DNA of 35,830 nt from an uncultured Clostridia bacterium (GTDB lineage Bacteria; Bacillota; Clostridia; Christensenellales; UBA1242). How positions within the stretch are numbered: position 1 is the stretch's first letter; each line of letters opens with the position of its first letter. Position numbers and translations under genes: made by a program. A model generated the notes under the pieces. That model did not search any database. It saw only the letters and a program-made list of their open reading frames with translations, and was not told where the DNA came from. Below are positions 33,322-35,830 of the stretch, one piece after another. The stretch covers positions 1-35,830 of the forward strand of contig CALWPE010000092.1 in the NCBI GenBank assembly GCA_944383345.1, written 5' to 3'.

Positions 33322-35830
33322 GAGTTTAAAGTTCACTTTTGTTTCGCTTTGTGTTGCTGTTTGTTTTATGTCAGCATTTATTTTTATATTCTATATAACT
33401 GATGCTTTTGGTTTATTAAGGCAAATACTTATTGCGCAAAATGATTATGAAGTACTTATTGCAGATGACAATACAAAATCACAAATATACTACATAGATA
33501 GTGCAGAAGACCTTAACAATGTGAGATACAATATGTATCAAAAAAATGATGATGGTTCTTTTAATTTAAACTTACCAAATACTTTTATACAGATTTGCGA
33601 TATTGATATGACCGGCTCAGATTTTTCATCAAATTCGGGCAACTTTGACCCAATCGCTAGTGATTATCCTTTTAACGGCACATATTTAGGCAATGGCTTT
33701 TCTATTTTAAATTTAAATATTGTATGTTATGAAAGCAATGTTGGACTTTTCTCAACTGTTGGCGAAACTGGGAAAATAAGTTCATTAAAACTTGTTGACT
33801 GTTCAATTACAGGTGGAAACAATGTCGGTGCAATAGCAGGTACAAACAATGGGACAATATCTTTAGTTGCAAACTATGCAACAATTCAAGATGCAACAAA
33901 TGTAGGTGGTATTGCAGGAATAAACAATGGAACAATAGAAAAAAGTTTTAATTGTGGAAATTTGCAAGGTACAAATGTAGGTGGAATATCAGCACAAAAC
34001 ACCAAAAGTATTTTAAATTGTTTCAATATCGCAGACATTGAAAATGGAAGTGGTATAGCACTAGAAAATAGTGGTTCTATTGCAAATACATATAATGTTG
34101 GAAATGTAAATTTTGGAATATCACAATCAGGTACAGTACAAAATTCTTATTATCTTCAAGGCACAACAAATCAAATTGGAAACGGAACAGCACTTTCAAT
34201 TGACCAATTCGTTGGAATGGACGACTCTCAAAACATTGAAACACTTTTAAACGCAAACCAAGCAGAAAAGGTATTTAGGTTTGACCATTTATATATATGC
34301 AAGCATCAAGAAGGTGAAAAGAACTACCAATTTCCACACATTGTTGACAACTATATTGATGTTTCATATCAAGGCGCAATGCAGGTGTCTAGTGACGGAA
34401 AATATCATATCATTGACAATGCTGAGCAGTTTAATGCAATTGGTGTAACATATAATGAAATTTCATATTCAACCCAATCAAACTATTTTTTAAATATTGA
34501 TATAGATTGCCAAAGCACTAGTGTTAATCCAATACAACAATTTTTAGGCGAATTTAATGGGAACAGCCATAAAATTTCTAATTTGTCAATAAATACTGAC
34601 ATAGAAAACTTGGGTTTATTTTATGTGTTGACTGATGGTGCCTATGTACACAATTTAACACTTTCTGGATTTTCGCTTACAAACACAAACACAGAAGCAG
34701 AATCTTCTGTTGGCTCACTTGCCGGAGAAGTTGGAAACAATGTCATAATAGAAAATGTTTTTGTTGAAAATAGTTATGTGACATCAAACGGAAGTTCGGG
34801 TGTGTTTGTGGGCGAAACGATATCGCAAGTTAGTGGTGGTAATGGTCATATTTGGTATTGTGGAGTTTATAACAGCGAAGCAATGGGAACAAACGACTAC
34901 AATGCAATCTTTGACTACACATATGGGCCAACAGGTGGGTTTATTGGTAAAATTGCTGACATAAATAATCAATCGGCATATATATCTAATTGTTATGTTG
35001 TAAGTGACAATAACTCGGCATACGATTATATCTCAACAGGAGATATTAGTATGGGTGGATTTATTGGAGAAATACAAGAAAATTCAAATGTTATTATACA
35101 AAATTGTATAGCAGTTGGACATGTGTATTCAGGTAAAGATTATGTGTGGGGAAGTGTGCAAGAACTAGACTGTGTAGGTGGTTTTATTGGAATCAACAAT
35201 TCTTCACAATCAACTATTCAAAAAAGTTATGCAAAAGTTACAGTGTCAAGAGCATCAACATTTTTGGGAATAGGTCAGGTAACAACAAGAGCATTTGGAC
35301 ACAATAGTGGAGATGGAAATTTCTATCAGGTATATGCTCTTTCGCAAGATTGTGATGGAAGTTCTGGTGCTACCGATATACAGGAGAGTGCATTTAACTC
35401 TCAGTCAACATTTTCTGTATTTGATTTTCAAAACGATTGGGCAATGTCAAGTATAGGGAGTGAATCTAATATTCCTGTACCAAACAAAAATAAAATTGTT
35501 GTCACCTCAGATGATAATTCAACAATAACTTTAACAAAAGATAATAATTTGCTAGCAACTGTGCAAGGCGAAACTGCAGTTTTTGATAGTTTGGCAGATG
35601 GGCAGTACACTATAAATATTACAAGATTTGGGCAAACAGTTGCATTAACATATAATTTAACTTTGTCTACTGGTCTTGAAAATTATATGTTTGAAAAGTG
35701 GTTCTATTCAGGAAATGGGACACAGGAACAACCTTATGTTATTACAAGTTCATATAATTTTGAACATCTTTCAAACTTTAATTCTTCTGCATATTTTTCA
35801 ATTCAAAACAATGTAAATTTTGAAAACTTG
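33311..35830 (+). CDS. Very large GLUG-motif repeat surface protein (adhesin-like). The N-terminus is complete and the 3' end lies beyond the window.
   Basis: Absent from the ORF track because it has no stop in the window. My hand translation from ATG 33311 is open for 840 codons to position 35830. SD GAGGTGA lies 5 nt upstream. It has an N-terminal TM helix (FVSLCVAVCFMSAFIFIFYITDA). Modules recur in the form '...DIDM/DIDC...PI...F.G.f.GNG/GNSH.I.NL.I...N.GLF' followed by GLUG-type units (NVGAIAG, NVGGIAG, NVGGISA, SVGSLAG, TGGFIG, MGGFIG, VGGFIG). Confidence 0.8.
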   Translation, partial: MKTRSLKFTFVSLCVAVCFMSAFIFIFYITDAFGLLRQILIAQNDYEVLIADDNTKSQIYYIDSAEDLNNVRYNMYQKNDDGSFNLNLPNTFIQICDIDMTGSDFSSNSGNFDPIASDYPFNGTYLGNGFSILNLNIVCYESNVGLFSTVGETGKISSLKLVDCSITGGNNVGAIAGTNNGTISLVANYATIQDATNVGGIAGINNGTIEKSFNCGNLQGTNVGGISAQNTKSILNCFNIADIENGSGIALENSGSIANTYNVGNVNFGISQSGTVQNSYYLQGTTNQIGNGTALSIDQFVGMDDSQNIETLLNANQAEKVFRFDHLYICKHQEGEKNYQFPHIVDNYIDVSYQGAMQVSSDGKYHIIDNAEQFNAIGVTYNEISYSTQSNYFLNIDIDCQSTSVNPIQQFLGEFNGNSHKISNLSINTDIENLGLFYVLTDGAYVHNLTLSGFSLTNTNTEAESSVGSLAGEVGNNVIIENVFVENSYVTSNGSSGVFVGETISQVSGGNGHIWYCGVYNSEAMGTNDYNAIFDYTYGPTGGFIGKIADINNQSAYISNCYVVSDNNSAYDYISTGDISMGGFIGEIQENSNVIIQNCIAVGHVYSGKDYVWGSVQELDCVGGFIGINNSSQSTIQKSYAKVTVSRASTFLGIGQVTTRAFGHNSGDGNFYQVYALSQDCDGSSGATDIQESAFNSQSTFSVFDFQNDWAMSSIGSESNIPVPNKNKIVVTSDDNSTITLTKDNNLLATVQGETAVFDSLADGQYTINITRFGQTVALTYNLTLSTGLENYMFEKWFYSGNGTQEQPYVITSSYNFEHLSNFNSSAYFSIQNNVNFENL

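Noticed and set aside
34784-35610. Track ORFs 34784..34972 (-) and 35428..35610 (-)
   Set aside because: They are antisense to the 840-codon open GLUG-repeat frame.
1-35830. The possibility of genetic code 4 (UGA = Trp), given the very low GC content and reduced-looking genes
   Set aside because: All long conserved genes (dnaE, glmS, ATPase, spoIIE) are intact with TGA treated as stop. The PHP gene ends in TGA exactly where whiA starts. The tRNA-Trp present has anticodon CCA, not UCA.
1-35830. CRISPR arrays, rRNA genes, IS elements or transposases, integrases, and known defence or toxin-antitoxin modules
   Set aside because: I saw no regularly spaced direct repeats. I also saw no ORF with transposase, integrase, recombinase, nuclease-helicase or toxin-like motifs. 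The only repeats are the terminator duplicate (11.1/11.6 kb) and two short tandem repeats, all reported above.

Overview
This is an AT-rich chromosomal segment of Bacillota (Firmicutes) type that uses the standard genetic code: long conserved genes are intact with TGA as stop, and the tRNA-Trp anticodon is CCA. I cannot assign a taxon from the sequence alone.

Most of the window is housekeeping:
- PHP phosphoesterase-whiA-dnaE-pfkA-tRNA-Ala
- glmS, a P-type ATPase, radC, degV, hup
- comEC-holA, rpsT, an M16 peptidase, a DUF378 protein, greA, spoIIE

Promoters are sigma-A-like (TTGACA/TTGCAA, 16-18 nt spacer, often a TGn-extended -10). Rho-independent terminators are clean and often bidirectional.

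Four lineage-specific patches sit among these genes:
1. 1-4.7 kb: tRNA-Trp fused to a transglutaminase-like gene, plus divergently transcribed surface proteins with Ig-like and FN3-like domains.
2. 11.1-11.7 kb: a self-contained 92-aa gene cassette bracketed by two copies of the same terminator hairpin, next to tRNA-Ala.
3. 22.1-22.8 kb: a secreted ~209-aa protein wedged into the conserved holA/rpsT junction.
4. 29.0-35.8 kb: the best candidate for a poorly described system.

Patch 4 holds an ER/archaeal-type (SipW-like) signal peptidase. Next to it are two paralogous ~210-aa secreted proteins that are also paralogous to the holA/rpsT insert. One of them looks like a highly expressed structural subunit. 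A very large GLUG-repeat surface protein starts inside the stop region of the other paralog and runs off the window.

I read this as a SipW-dependent fibre or matrix locus (TasA-like in logic) coupled to a giant adhesin. The homology calls rest on motif reading, not on a search. I saw no CRISPR array, rRNA, transposase, integrase or recognisable defence gene.
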